Shown one piece after another: positions 29,746-40,026 of a stretch of DNA of 64,000 nucleotides (position 1 is its first letter; every line of letters begins with the position of its first letter). The stretch is from an uncultured virus (IMG/VR IMGVR_UViG_3300031088_000645). Lineage: Duplodnaviria; Heunggongvirae; Uroviricota; Caudoviricetes. The notes below the pieces were generated by a model. That model ran no database searches. It was not told the DNA's origin and saw only the letters and a list, made by a program, of their open reading frames with translations. Location: the IMG/VR virus record IMGVR_UViG_3300031088_000645, one strand, 5' to 3'. Made by a program: the position numbers and the translations under genes.

Positions 29746-30039
29746 CTAACGCTCGTTGACTACCAGCTTCTCGAACACATCGCGCAAGTTGGCTGACGTT
29801 GAGAGGTGGCGTTTCAGTACCTTAGTGGAGTTCTCAACGGTGAGCGAGCGAGCGTTCCTGACGATCAGGATCTGATTGATGAGTTCGTCGGTGAACCCTT
29901 GCGCGGCGGACACTAGCTCGGAGGCATCGAGAACAACATCAACGTCCGTGCAATCACTCGACAGGGACTCTGTGATAACGATGGCGCTCGAACGCGCACC
30001 AATGAGTCTGGGGAGCTTGATGCTGCTGATGGTATTCAT
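29746..30039 (-). CDS. hypothetical protein, STAS-like/DUF4325-like pattern possible
   Basis: GAAAG RBS; promoter TTGACA-N17-TAGTCT; VVLDA....AQGF.DEL pattern. Confidence 0.55.
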   Translation of the reverse strand: MNTISSIKLPRLIGARSSAIVITESLSSDCTDVDVVLDASELVSAAQGFTDELINQILIVRNARSLTVENSTKVLKRHLSTSANLRDVFEKLVVNER

Positions 30040-30140
30040 GAGGGCGCTTTCTAACGGGGCGGTTCTTGTGTTGCTCAGACTAGTAAAGACCACAATCTCT
30101 GTCAACTTCAACACGCCGTGTAACCAAACATGAGTGATGG

Positions 30141-30512
30141 TTACTTGTTGGGGAAAGAGACTCCGTAAGTGGTGGTCACATGGTCTTCACCATGTGAATC
30201 GTGAGCATGCTTTTTGGCAAGGGCGCGAGCTTCGGCAAGTGACTCGATGTATCCCATTTTGTCATTGAACGGTACGGTGGTGGGTCCACTCGACCAGCGG
30301 TAAGGGGTGGACTTGGTGTAGAAGAAGCTCCCATGCTCTCCACCTACCGTGTTGAAAGCAGTTTCAGCCTCTAGGGTATCGACGAGAAGCGCGATGACTT
30401 CCGCCTTCTTCTCTTCGGTGATGTCATCACCGGACCACATTGCGACAAGCGTCTCACGTGCGTCCTGAATCAGGGCTGCGTTACGGTCGGGGTTCTCTAC
30501 GTTCTGCGTCAT
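30141..30512 (-). CDS. hypothetical protein
   Basis: GGAG RBS. Confidence 0.7.
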   Translation of the reverse strand: MTQNVENPDRNAALIQDARETLVAMWSGDDITEEKKAEVIALLVDTLEAETAFNTVGGEHGSFFYTKSTPYRWSSGPTTVPFNDKMGYIESLAEARALAKKHAHDSHGEDHVTTTYGVSFPNK

Positions 30513-30586
30513 ACTCCATCATATGACGGAGGCGCTTTAAAAGCAATGTGGATAATCCCCACTGCTGACCTCCCCAGAGGTAGTAT

Positions 30587-31150
30587 TTGCAGATGACGCA
30601 AGTGATGAACCTCGGTGTGCCTTCATGGGGCGGTCTGGGTCGAGATGACCTGACGATAGATGATGGCGAGTTACGAGAAGACTTCATCATTCCTACGCCT
30701 ACAGGTGACGTTGCAGACCACTACTTCACCCTCGATGAGTATGCACAGTTCGCTTGGTATTTCCCATCCACCATCTTCTTTTTCTCCGAAGGGCAGTTCA
30801 CGTATCGCGTCTTCACTCAGGTGATGAAGCCGCTTGGTTTTGTGGGTGAACTGGACTCGGTTGTCCAAGAGTTCGTGTCATCTGTTCATGATGAATCGCT
30901 TCTTCCTAAATCGGACAAAGCAACCAAGCTTGCCCGAGAATTGAAGCCGTTGAAGAACCTCGCTGCCGATGCCGGATTTGATGACCTCGACGCATGCCGA
31001 CTCATCTTGTCTCTCGTTCTACAATTCCCTGAGTGCCCTACACGGCAGTCAATGGATAGACTCGCTAAGATGATTGATGCAGCACACAGCGAGGGTGTCC
31101 ATTCGGTGTTGAGTCGTTCAATCAGTGAAGCTCATGAGAGATTGACTTGA
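30587..31150 (+). CDS. hypothetical protein (start uncertain)
   Basis: long ORF. Confidence 0.65.
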   Translation: MQMTQVMNLGVPSWGGLGRDDLTIDDGELREDFIIPTPTGDVADHYFTLDEYAQFAWYFPSTIFFFSEGQFTYRVFTQVMKPLGFVGELDSVVQEFVSSVHDESLLPKSDKATKLARELKPLKNLAADAGFDDLDACRLILSLVLQFPECPTRQSMDRLAKMIDAAHSEGVHSVLSRSISEAHERLT

Positions 31151-31176
31151 CACCTCGGCTGCGGTAGTGTGTTGAG

Positions 31177-32145
31177 ATGAGTAATAGGTCATCCATCCGA
31201 GGCACTAATGCCTTCGGAATCCCACTGCACCCTACTGTGGTGGCTAATTGGGATCGTACCTTTGCTAATGTCTTCAACGATACTACCCTCATTGAGGAAG
31301 ATGCATTCCTGAGCGATGAGGTCGCTCTGCCTACCATGCAGCAGATGGAAGGCTATGCTCAGACAAATGAGGCTATCGCTCTTCACGGCATCGAAGACCT
31401 TCAGCGGTTCTTCGAAGAGTCACTGTGGCTCGAAATGATCATTTCGCCAGAGCACATAGTCCCTTATGAGAAGAACAACACCATCAAGAGAGTTCTTAGC
31501 CCTCGTGAAACCATCTCCTTGTATACGCGAGAATTCTCGACGAGATATGAGATTGAGCGTAGCGCCATCTTGAGTCAGCACACCGATGCATCCGGAATGC
31601 ATCTTGTCTACCTGAGACCCAGAAGCACGGCTAATCAGACCCCTCTCACGATGTTCGACCTAAGTGCACAATGGCGTAAGATGCGTCACTACGCGATGTC
31701 TTTTGATATTGACATCACAGTTGGCGAGGCAGCCTACTTCCACCCCGAAGACTTCTCTATTGAGCACCTGTCGTATATGGCTGAATCACCCTCTGAGCTA
31801 TTCAGTGCGGTATCAAGCTATCGGTCGTACTTCGATGGAGGGGATGCGCTTATATGGGCTATGAGCATGTTGGCTCACACGTCTTCTCGTAAAGACAGTT
31901 CGTCACGAGGTAAGGAAGGTAGCGTGTACGAGGCGGTTGCTCTTTCGCAGAGACTTGCCGCTCGTGACCTCTACTACTTCACGAAGAACAAGATTGCTTT
32001 CGATGACATCCACTATCTTGCTGACCAAGGGCTGAACTGGGACATTGTGCGTCCGTTTGTCGAGAACGACATAAGGTCGTCTCAGTCCATCATTCAGTTC
32101 ATCAACAACGGCATTGACGCTTCCCTCGCAGGAGAGATTTCGTGA
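31177..32145 (+). CDS. hypothetical protein, 'INNGIDASL' family
   Basis: TTGACT-N17-TAGTGT-N6-ATG; paralog of 32142-33206. Confidence 0.8.
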   Translation: MSNRSSIRGTNAFGIPLHPTVVANWDRTFANVFNDTTLIEEDAFLSDEVALPTMQQMEGYAQTNEAIALHGIEDLQRFFEESLWLEMIISPEHIVPYEKNNTIKRVLSPRETISLYTREFSTRYEIERSAILSQHTDASGMHLVYLRPRSTANQTPLTMFDLSAQWRKMRHYAMSFDIDITVGEAAYFHPEDFSIEHLSYMAESPSELFSAVSSYRSYFDGGDALIWAMSMLAHTSSRKDSSSRGKEGSVYEAVALSQRLAARDLYYFTKNKIAFDDIHYLADQGLNWDIVRPFVENDIRSSQSIIQFINNGIDASLAGEIS

Positions 32146-33206
32146 CCACCACATCGTCTTACAAGTCGCCCTATGCATCACCTCGCCCTAAGAGCATTCG
32201 TCCGGGTGACAGGAACATCTTTGGGGTACAGCTAGACCAGTCCATCACCAAAGCTCAGTCGAAGAATCTGTACAAGTTCAGTATCTACTCGCCCACTCAC
32301 TACATCAATGGAGCGATACGAGGTACGCCGAGAGATATCTATGGCACTCGTAAGATGTACTCACCTATTGCTGAAGAGATCTATCTCTATTTGAAGAGCG
32401 AAGCAATCTTGCGCTTTCATACTCCCGAGGTAATCGAGAAGTTTAAAGCCAGTGAGCAGTGGGCATACATCAAGAATGAAGCGCGTGCTGCCGGTGCTGT
32501 GTCACAGACCCTACGGGCGGGTACAGGCTCTACCGTGCTGTCTCCACGAGATATGGTTGCCATCTTTGGTGATGAGATCGAATTCGTCAACATTGATGGG
32601 TTCAGTGTCTACCTTGATGACACTGCAATCATGGTGAGGATGCGTGCATGGCGTGAAGAAATCAACTACGAAGCGAGCCTAACGCTATTCGAATTATCAC
32701 TGTGGTGGAACACGGTGAAGCCTACGGAGTTCTATGTCGAGGCGCGTATGAACATCGTGGGAGAGATAGCCAACATCTACGGCATCCCCCGAAACGCTCG
32801 GGACGCATTGTTCCTGCCTGTCAGGTCTACCACGAAAGATAGCTACGTTGGGGATCACTCTCGCCACTTCAGGTTCGCCACCGTCAAGCGAGAGAGTTTG
32901 TTCTGGCTTTTCGTGCTCTACGCCAACGATGACCCACCTGAGAGCATAGAGCTTGGTTATCGAGCAGAGCATTTGAAGAGCGTTCAGCGGAAACTTGGTG
33001 CGCGGGCTGTTGCATCTATCCTGCATCGAACGCTTAACCCAGAGCAGCTATCTGTTTTGGCTGATGCAGAAATGGAAGACCTAGACAGCGCTGCCGCATT
33101 GGTCAAATTGGGATTCACTGACGGAGCAACACTGCGTAAGGCAATTGACGAAGGCGTAGATGGTTCGCTTTTGACCGACTTCTTTAGCTCGCAGCAACCC
33201 GACTGA
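32142..33206 (+). CDS. hypothetical protein, 'IDEGVDGSL' family
   Basis: GTGA overlap; shares N.FG..L, VLSPR, LT.F.LS..W with upstream gene. Confidence 0.8.
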   Translation: MTTTSSYKSPYASPRPKSIRPGDRNIFGVQLDQSITKAQSKNLYKFSIYSPTHYINGAIRGTPRDIYGTRKMYSPIAEEIYLYLKSEAILRFHTPEVIEKFKASEQWAYIKNEARAAGAVSQTLRAGTGSTVLSPRDMVAIFGDEIEFVNIDGFSVYLDDTAIMVRMRAWREEINYEASLTLFELSLWWNTVKPTEFYVEARMNIVGEIANIYGIPRNARDALFLPVRSTTKDSYVGDHSRHFRFATVKRESLFWLFVLYANDDPPESIELGYRAEHLKSVQRKLGARAVASILHRTLNPEQLSVLADAEMEDLDSAAALVKLGFTDGATLRKAIDEGVDGSLLTDFFSSQQPD

Positions 33207-33218
33207 TAACCTTGCTCG

Positions 33219-33908
33219 ATGGAACAATTCAAGGGTTATTCGGCGCTGGACGTATTACCGTTCCTTGCTGAGTCCAAGAAGCCCACAGTGTTCTGCGACT
33301 TCGATGGTGTGTTCAACGCCATGCCATTCCAGAAGATGTGGGTGGGCGATAAAGGCGCGTCCATGTGGGATAGCAGCAACTGGAAATGGGTGGAGGTAAC
33401 CCCCGATCCAAAGAAGCATTTCGTGTGGGACCGAACCGAGCATGTGCCGGTCGATAACGAGACTTACACGATCAGGTTCTCCACCGAACTTGTTGCGAAT
33501 TTCAACCGCTTGATAGCTGACGAGAGGATCAACTTCATCTGGTTGACTAGCTGGATGGAACACTCGGTATCCGTTTTGAACCCACTGCTAGGTCTACCCC
33601 TCGATACACCTTTCCTGCCGTGGCTGAGGCACCGTCAGGACTACGTTCACCGGGGCAAGTTCACGGCTTTGAAGAAGCTCATCACTGACATCCCACCAGA
33701 GGCTAGACAGCCGTTAGTGTGGATTGATGACGTAGCTACCGAGAGCTTCATCACGAACTCTCAGAAGTACATTCGATCAGAGTTCAGCTTTAAGTCCTCG
33801 CTCGGTGTTAAGAGTCTCGTCCTGCAAACTGAACCCGAGTACGGTATCAACCGCAACGAGTGGGGTCGTATCGAACGCTTTGTGCAGAGATTCGAAGAGG
33901 GTAATTGA
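33219..33908 (+). CDS. HAD-family phosphatase (Swiss-army-knife RNA-repair type)
   Basis: DFDGVFN, WLTSW, K, LVWIDD, GI motifs. Confidence 0.8.
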   Translation: MEQFKGYSALDVLPFLAESKKPTVFCDFDGVFNAMPFQKMWVGDKGASMWDSSNWKWVEVTPDPKKHFVWDRTEHVPVDNETYTIRFSTELVANFNRLIADERINFIWLTSWMEHSVSVLNPLLGLPLDTPFLPWLRHRQDYVHRGKFTALKKLITDIPPEARQPLVWIDDVATESFITNSQKYIRSEFSFKSSLGVKSLVLQTEPEYGINRNEWGRIERFVQRFEEGN

Positions 33909-33975
33909 CACCTACTTGGTCTTTTGATAGGATGTATAGAACCAGAAACATTTGCCTCTCAACCAGGAGAAAACC

Positions 33976-34419
33976 ATGCTTCAGCTTCACATCCTCATCT
34001 TCCTCATTCTGTCGGTTCCGGCGATCATCTTCATCACCGTGTTCATCGCTCGACCGAACTTCCGTTTCGATAGGCGTGGCAGCGAGTGGAGCATCGTCAA
34101 GGTCATCTTCCTGTTCTTCAGTGGTGTCGCGGTGATGGGCAGCATCATCTCCACATTCCCCTACAGCCCGAAGTACTGGACCATCACCAACTACTCGGGT
34201 GAGATCCAGTCGGTTGAGAACCTGGCGACAGATGTCAGCGATGATGGCACGACACTGACGGGCAGCTTCGTCATCGAGTTCGACGGTCTCGATGAGCCGG
34301 TCATCACCTATGACCAGCGTGTCCTCACCTACGAGAAGGGAGACACCATCGACCTCGCTTGCACGGTGGAGTTCATCTACGCCGGTCAGGACAAGATCAA
34401 CTGCGTCGTCAACAGCTAG
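33976..34419 (+). CDS. membrane protein
   Basis: AGGAGA RBS, two TM segments; promoter TTGACA-N17-TAGGAT near 33905. Confidence 0.8.
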   Translation: MLQLHILIFLILSVPAIIFITVFIARPNFRFDRRGSEWSIVKVIFLFFSGVAVMGSIISTFPYSPKYWTITNYSGEIQSVENLATDVSDDGTTLTGSFVIEFDGLDEPVITYDQRVLTYEKGDTIDLACTVEFIYAGQDKINCVVNS

Positions 34420-34517
34420 TCAGTCGTACAGGAAGACCCTTCATTCATGCGGATGAGGGGTCTTCCTATTTCAACAGTTATGTAGTAGGATGCAACTAAC
34501 AGAAAGAGGATCGAGCG

Positions 34518-34646
34518 ATGGCTCCCAGTATTGCTAGCTACAACGTCTACATCGACAGCACTCGTCAGAAGGAGTTCGTTGCTCTCGTCAGCGAGAAGTT
34601 TGGCGATGCCATCGAACTCGACTACCAGGACACCCAGGAGGTCTGA
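34518..34646 (+). CDS. 42-aa hypothetical protein (MAPSIASYNV...)
   Basis: GAGGA RBS; not in ORF track; coupled to next gene. Confidence 0.6.
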   Translation: MAPSIASYNVYIDSTRQKEFVALVSEKFGDAIELDYQDTQEV

Positions 34647-34649
34647 GCG

Positions 34650-35438
34650 ATGAGTGAGTCAACCATCAGCGACGATGTTCGTAAGGCTATCCTCCTCTCG
34701 CTTTCCGATACTGACAAGTTCGTGACGCAGAGCGCCAACGGTTCCGTCAGCATCGATTTCGATTCCATCGTCGATGCTGCCTTCTCGGCTGTAAAGAGCC
34801 AGGTTGAGTTCGAGAAGTTCGAGGAAACTGTCGCTCTCGCTGAGTTCTTTCCGGGTGAAGATCCGTCACTTGATGCTGATTTCTCGTACGCCATTCAGGC
34901 GCGTCAGGACATGGACAACATTCAGGAAACTCCTATCGGTGTTGTTACCTACAACGACCCCGTACTTCCTTCTGATCGCTACGATGAGTACACCGACCGC
35001 GAGACGCTTGCTGCACTCTCGGACAAGTGGCTCACTATTGAAGAGAACGAGAAGAACTGGATCATCAATGATGTAGTCAACGCCGGTTTCAGTCTCCATG
35101 CTCACTCGGTGTCGTATGAGTACGTCCTTGTCAACGATGACCTCGGTAGCGGCGATACGTTCGACTCGCTCCGTGACATTATGACGGCGTACCGCAAGCA
35201 CCCTGGCTGCCTTCCCATCACTCGCGCTGTAAGCGACTGGGTTGCCGTTGAGTCGCCGTCTGAGCGTACCTTCGTACGAGGTACCATCCGTGGTGTGCCC
35301 AACCAGACTGCCTACCTCAGCCGTGATGCTGATGAGCCGTCTGAGGACTCTGTGTGGATTACCCCCACTGCGGTCAACGGACACTTCTTTCACGTCAATT
35401 CGGACATCACTGATATCACGGGTGGTGGTCAGCCGTGA
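34650..35438 (+). CDS. hypothetical acidic protein
   Basis: GGAGG RBS. Confidence 0.8.
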   Translation: MSESTISDDVRKAILLSLSDTDKFVTQSANGSVSIDFDSIVDAAFSAVKSQVEFEKFEETVALAEFFPGEDPSLDADFSYAIQARQDMDNIQETPIGVVTYNDPVLPSDRYDEYTDRETLAALSDKWLTIEENEKNWIINDVVNAGFSLHAHSVSYEYVLVNDDLGSGDTFDSLRDIMTAYRKHPGCLPITRAVSDWVAVESPSERTFVRGTIRGVPNQTAYLSRDADEPSEDSVWITPTAVNGHFFHVNSDITDITGGGQP

Positions 35439-35845
35439 GCGCAGTAGTAGACGAGAGGGGTCTACAGGAGATTGTCATGAGGTTCTGGAGCGCTGAGCAA
35501 GCGCAGAACCCAGATACTAACGGCAAGTTCTCGTACGAAGAGTCCATGAGTCGTTTCCTGTCGGACTACGCTGACACTGAGAAGATTCAGCCCTTGGTTG
35601 ACATGGCTTTGAGCTACCTCGACGACAGTCTCGTGGTCACTAGCCTCGAAGAGCTTTCTCGCCTGCCTATCGGATCAGCCATTGTGGATAGTGATGGCTG
35701 GTTCGTGATGCAGTCGGACTATAAGGGTCCGAGCGTGGTCGGCGAGGCTCGTAATGTCGAATGGTCCTACCAGGACTCCTGGCAGTCTCCGTCCTTTATT
35801 GACCTCCCAGCCCGAGTCATCTTCATCCCCAGTTACTCAGCCTAG
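35435..35845 (+). CDS. hypothetical protein
   Basis: GTGA overlap; EEL..LP.GS.IVD..G motif reminiscent of actinophage small proteins. Confidence 0.75.
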   Translation: MSAVVDERGLQEIVMRFWSAEQAQNPDTNGKFSYEESMSRFLSDYADTEKIQPLVDMALSYLDDSLVVTSLEELSRLPIGSAIVDSDGWFVMQSDYKGPSVVGEARNVEWSYQDSWQSPSFIDLPARVIFIPSYSA

Positions 35846-35856
35846 AAAGGCATCTA

Positions 35857-36270
35857 TTGACCGCCGACAAGGACAAGCGCATCGCGCAACTAGAAAGCGA
35901 ATTGACGCTGCTCAAATCTTCCCTCGACGAAGAAAACCCGCTCAAGTCTTATCTTGACGGGGAGTTCCGTATGCAGATTGAGTACCTTGCGAATCACGAG
36001 AGCAAGCCATCGATGTATCTCGGATACCGCCAGCCTGGTGCCTCGCCTACGTTCTATGGTCCTGATGAAGTCGTGGTCGATGGTGACTGGTTGGAGATGA
36101 CTCTGCGGCAGAGTAAGAAGTACAAGGCTTCTATCCAGCGCTTCATCAACGAAGCAATCGTGCGTGTCATTAGCACGGTCGATGACACCCAGAAGCGTGA
36201 CGAGATTACCAAGTTCCTGTCTACCAAGCTGGTTGTTGAAGAGCCTGAAGATCCCGAAGAGACTGAATAG
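35857..36270 (+). CDS. hypothetical protein
   Basis: GAAAGG RBS, TTG start, terminator after. Confidence 0.7.
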   Translation: MTADKDKRIAQLESELTLLKSSLDEENPLKSYLDGEFRMQIEYLANHESKPSMYLGYRQPGASPTFYGPDEVVVDGDWLEMTLRQSKKYKASIQRFINEAIVRVISTVDDTQKRDEITKFLSTKLVVEEPEDPEETE

Positions 36271-36424
36271 TCATCGCGCACCCACCCCCTCCGAGCAGAT
36301 CGGAGGGGGTTTCTATATGTCGAAAGGGGTGCTATCGCACGGATTAGTTCGGTTTCATTAAATGATGTCTTGTGTCTCTCATATAATTAGATGTTGCAAA
36401 AGGCAACCTGCTACCAAGGAAACC

Positions 36425-37453
36425 ATGAACATCTCATCACTACATGATGACTCTGCTGAAAACAGCATCATGCAAACAATCACGATTGCAGTATCAGCAA
36501 TCCTCATCGCAGCGGGACTTGTCACCGCTCCTGGTCTCATCAATAACGCAAGAGACAACAACGCCACTACTGAACTGGCTAACATCGCCTACTCTCAGGA
36601 ATATCAACTAGGTAGTCAGGGTAAGTACCTTGACTATCCGGCACTTATCGCCGCTCAGGAAGCAACTAGCTCTGAGGGTATCCGTGGTGCCAAAATCACT
36701 CCGTCAGGCAGCGTCAAGAATCAGACGGTACTCACGTGCAATAGCCCGACCTCCTGGCTTGCAAGCGTCACTTCTAGCTCAGGTAAGACCTTCTACCGTT
36801 CGTCAAGCTCTGCTAACACAAGCACTAATCTGGCTGACATCAAATACGATGCTGACTGTATTGACGCATCTGGACTTGCACCCACTGACGAAACCACACC
36901 TGTCAACCCACCATTGACGGGAACCGCGCTTGATAACGCCATCTTCGCCAACCCCTCTGCCTACTGTCCATCTGTTGAACTGACTGATGACGAGAAGGAA
37001 TGGGTAAATCTCCGTATTGATAGCTACGGTACCATTGGCGGTCACTACAAGGGCGAGGAAGGCAATGTAGCCCCCGGTGGGTATGGTTGGGTTTCTTACG
37101 CTGACCGCTATGGTACGCAGGTAAAACAGTACCAGAAGAGTTCTAACGATAGAGTTCCACTAAGAACAGATGGTCCGACTAACATTCAGCGTAATGTCGC
37201 TGCCGACTACACCGAGTGTTTCTGGTCAACCCCAGATTACGTTTTTGATAGTGCAGTCAACAATGGAGGACCAAGTTCTATTGGGTTCGATTCGGAAACT
37301 ATCTCGATTAGCTACACCAACTCAGACGGTAACTATCACCGCACTGATGGTCCGGCTATCGTGACGTACGACGTGGCACAGAAGAAGATCATTGAGTCTG
37401 TTCACTACATCAATGGAAGATTTGACGATACGCAGGAAAACATCATCAGGTAA
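36425..37453 (+). CDS. type IV pilin-like protein with C-terminal 'HRTDGPA' repeats
   Basis: N-terminal segment identical to 16271 protein; LRTDGPT and YHRTDGPAI motifs. Confidence 0.6.
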   Translation: MNISSLHDDSAENSIMQTITIAVSAILIAAGLVTAPGLINNARDNNATTELANIAYSQEYQLGSQGKYLDYPALIAAQEATSSEGIRGAKITPSGSVKNQTVLTCNSPTSWLASVTSSSGKTFYRSSSSANTSTNLADIKYDADCIDASGLAPTDETTPVNPPLTGTALDNAIFANPSAYCPSVELTDDEKEWVNLRIDSYGTIGGHYKGEEGNVAPGGYGWVSYADRYGTQVKQYQKSSNDRVPLRTDGPTNIQRNVAADYTECFWSTPDYVFDSAVNNGGPSSIGFDSETISISYTNSDGNYHRTDGPAIVTYDVAQKKIIESVHYINGRFDDTQENIIR

Positions 37454-37631
37454 TCCCCTAATGACGAAAAGCCTCTCTGGTTCTACAACAGAGAGGCTTT
37501 TCGTGTATCCAAAGCGCACAATACGATTCTGTTCGGTTTCATGAAATGGTGTCTTGCGTCACTAGTACACTTGGGTGTTGCACATGCTGCGGGGTGTTGC
37601 TTTTGTATCTGTACTAGACTAGACTCAAAGT

Positions 37632-38525
37632 ATGTCAAACCGAATTGCAGCAGATGAGACCCTAGAGGCTCGGTACTTCGAGCGCATGGCGAAGAGCCTG
37701 AATGACAAGGCACGCTTGCTCGAATTCCTTCCTCCTGTGACTGACTCGTATGCACCTCGCGTACTCGATGTCGGAGCGGGTGGCGGAGAGCTTGCGGACA
37801 CTCTCTCGAAGTTCGGTTATGACGTGACTGCGCTGGACACCAACCGTGATGCGCTCGATAGGATTACCGAGCGCTTTCCTGACGTGGACACCCTGAACGC
37901 TCTCGCCAACCACGTCACCGACTTCAACGTGACGTTCGATGCGATCATCTGCTCGTCCATCCTCCACGAGGTTTACTCGTACGGTGATGACGTTCACCGC
38001 ATGGGGCACGTTTCGTCGCTAGGACGGGCGCTGACGGCTTTTCGTGCAGTCCTGAACCCAGGAGGTCGTCTGCTCGTCCGGGACGGCGTGAAGCCCGATG
38101 ACTGGAACAAGTTCGGATTCGTCGAGGTGCTCAATGACGATGAGACCGCTGTTACCGACTACCTGCGCATGTGCCCCTTCGCTAACGGTGATGCCTACGG
38201 CGACAACGGCTTCCTTCTTGGTCTGTCGCGAGTGGGTGACCGTAAGTTCGCGGGCACTCTCCGCTCGTGCATGGAGTGGTCGTACACCTACAACTGGAGC
38301 CGTGAGTCGTACCCTCGCGAGGCTAAGGAGTTGTACGGCGTTCTCACTCTCGATGAGTACGCTGAGTACGTCGAAGAGTTCGGTTTCACCACAATCCACA
38401 AGGAGGCGTACCTTCTCGACGGATACGTCAAGGGTCTTGCCGACAAGGTACGTCTACTCGACGCTGACGGTAACGAGCGACCGTGGTTCAACTCGAACGC
38501 CATCTGGGTATACGAAGTCAACTAG
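37632..38525 (+). CDS. class I SAM-dependent methyltransferase
   Basis: VLDVGAGGG, VTALD, FDAIICSSILHE, L.PGGRL..RD. Confidence 0.9.
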   Translation: MSNRIAADETLEARYFERMAKSLNDKARLLEFLPPVTDSYAPRVLDVGAGGGELADTLSKFGYDVTALDTNRDALDRITERFPDVDTLNALANHVTDFNVTFDAIICSSILHEVYSYGDDVHRMGHVSSLGRALTAFRAVLNPGGRLLVRDGVKPDDWNKFGFVEVLNDDETAVTDYLRMCPFANGDAYGDNGFLLGLSRVGDRKFAGTLRSCMEWSYTYNWSRESYPREAKELYGVLTLDEYAEYVEEFGFTTIHKEAYLLDGYVKGLADKVRLLDADGNERPWFNSNAIWVYEVN

Positions 38526-38573
38526 TCCACGAGAACGTGTCGTAGCTATCGACTTCATGTGTATCATGCAGCC

Positions 38574-38891
38574 ATGACTTATCAGCATTCGCAGGTCGGA
38601 AACATCTATGTCAAAATCATTGCCGCGAAAGGTCAGAGGGCTATCAAGCTTGTTGGCGTAGCCGAAGAAGATAAGCGTGGCGCTCCGGTCGTCTACAAGA
38701 CGAAGACGCTATTTGATACTATCAAGCCAGAGCGTGTGGGTGACACCGAAAGAACCCTCAGTGCTAGCAGCATACGCCTGCAAGGATGGATGCTTGTAAA
38801 GCAGAACCCTAAGTACACTGATGAAATTAACATCGAGATCGCTGCCGCATGGCAGAGGGGTTATCAGGATCGTCCTACATCATTCCATTGA
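38574..38891 (+). CDS. hypothetical protein, paralog of 39574-39996
   Basis: VG.IY, G.P..Y.TKT..D.IKPER.G shared. Confidence 0.75.
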   Translation: MTYQHSQVGNIYVKIIAAKGQRAIKLVGVAEEDKRGAPVVYKTKTLFDTIKPERVGDTERTLSASSIRLQGWMLVKQNPKYTDEINIEIAAAWQRGYQDRPTSFH

Positions 38892-38981
38892 GCGCCATTC
38901 GTGTCTCATGAGCGTCCTGTTCGGTCGTTGACTTTCTTCTACCGGTATGGCATTCTTCCTGCGTTCATATAGGAGGAAAAC

Positions 38982-39272
38982 ATGGCAACGAAGTACACGG
39001 CAGAGGAAAAGAAGGCTCTCCGGGGTCTCATCATCGCGGCTCTGGTGGGATCGGTAGTCATCTCTCTGGTGTATCTATTCGTGCCGTACATCGTCTCCGC
39101 AGCCCGCTTACTGAATAATTCGGGTAGCTCTTCGGTTCCATTTTTCACTGAGGTCAGACTCATTGCTGCCGCTGCGTGCTTTGGTATCTCATTCGCCCTT
39201 GGTGTTGGTCTGAGCTATGTTATGGTCAACAACACCCACAAGGCTATGGAAGAGGAGGACGAAATTGGCTAA
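38982..39272 (+). CDS. small membrane protein
   Basis: AGGAGG RBS, two TMs. Confidence 0.75.
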   Translation: MATKYTAEEKKALRGLIIAALVGSVVISLVYLFVPYIVSAARLLNNSGSSSVPFFTEVRLIAAAACFGISFALGVGLSYVMVNNTHKAMEEEDEIG

Positions 39273-39534
39273 GACTAAGGTACTCACGGAAGATCAACTC
39301 AATGAGCGAGCGGTCAAGGTCAAGACTATTCTTGTTGCTACCTCAATTCTGATTATGGTATCTGCCATGATCATTACGGTCCCCTCGCTTTGGGAGAATG
39401 CACAGGAGGTTGCGGCAGCGTCTGAACCAACACCGGCAGAGTCCTCGGACATTCCAGTAGGTAGTGGCGTGATAATCGGTATCCTCATCGCTGGCTACAT
39501 CTGGTTGATTTCTTCCGTTGCAAGAAGTCGGTAA
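39265..39534 (+). CDS. small membrane protein
   Basis: GAGGAGG RBS, TTG start, two TMs. Confidence 0.7.
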   Translation: MAKTKVLTEDQLNERAVKVKTILVATSILIMVSAMIITVPSLWENAQEVAAASEPTPAESSDIPVGSGVIIGILIAGYIWLISSVARSR

Positions 39535-39573
39535 TTCTTCGACCTTTTGCTTACTGGCGTGTACTATCTGCCC

Positions 39574-39996
39574 ATGACAAACAGAACAGCAGCAGTCGGA
39601 GACATCTACAGCCGTACGGTTGGTGGGGAGTTTCGGGTTATCGAGATCCTCGCAATTGTTGATGAGAATGACGCTAAGGGTAATCCCGAGTCATACATTA
39701 CGAAGACGGTGTACGACGATATCAAGCCAGAAAGGCTGGGTAGGGAAGGCACTATCAAGGCTAAGCGCCTCGATGGTAGGTCAAGTGAGTGGAGCTACAC
39801 ACCGCGAGACACCAACTACGACCTAGAAACGAATATCATTCTGTGGGAAGCTCGCACAAAGGGTGCCTACGGTAACTGGGAATCGTTCATCAAGAAGCAT
39901 GCTGATCGAGATATCGAGACACGATTCGCCATCCTCAGTGCATGGCTGGTTGGTGTCGAACGAAGAATTGCTAGTGTAGGTGGGACCGGAGGATAA
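39574..39996 (+). CDS. hypothetical protein, paralog of 38574-38891
   Basis: TACTAT-N6-ATG. Confidence 0.75.
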   Translation: MTNRTAAVGDIYSRTVGGEFRVIEILAIVDENDAKGNPESYITKTVYDDIKPERLGREGTIKAKRLDGRSSEWSYTPRDTNYDLETNIILWEARTKGAYGNWESFIKKHADRDIETRFAILSAWLVGVERRIASVGGTGG

Positions 39997-40026
39997 GGCG
40001 TAGGTGATAGTGAGGGAGAAGGTTTT

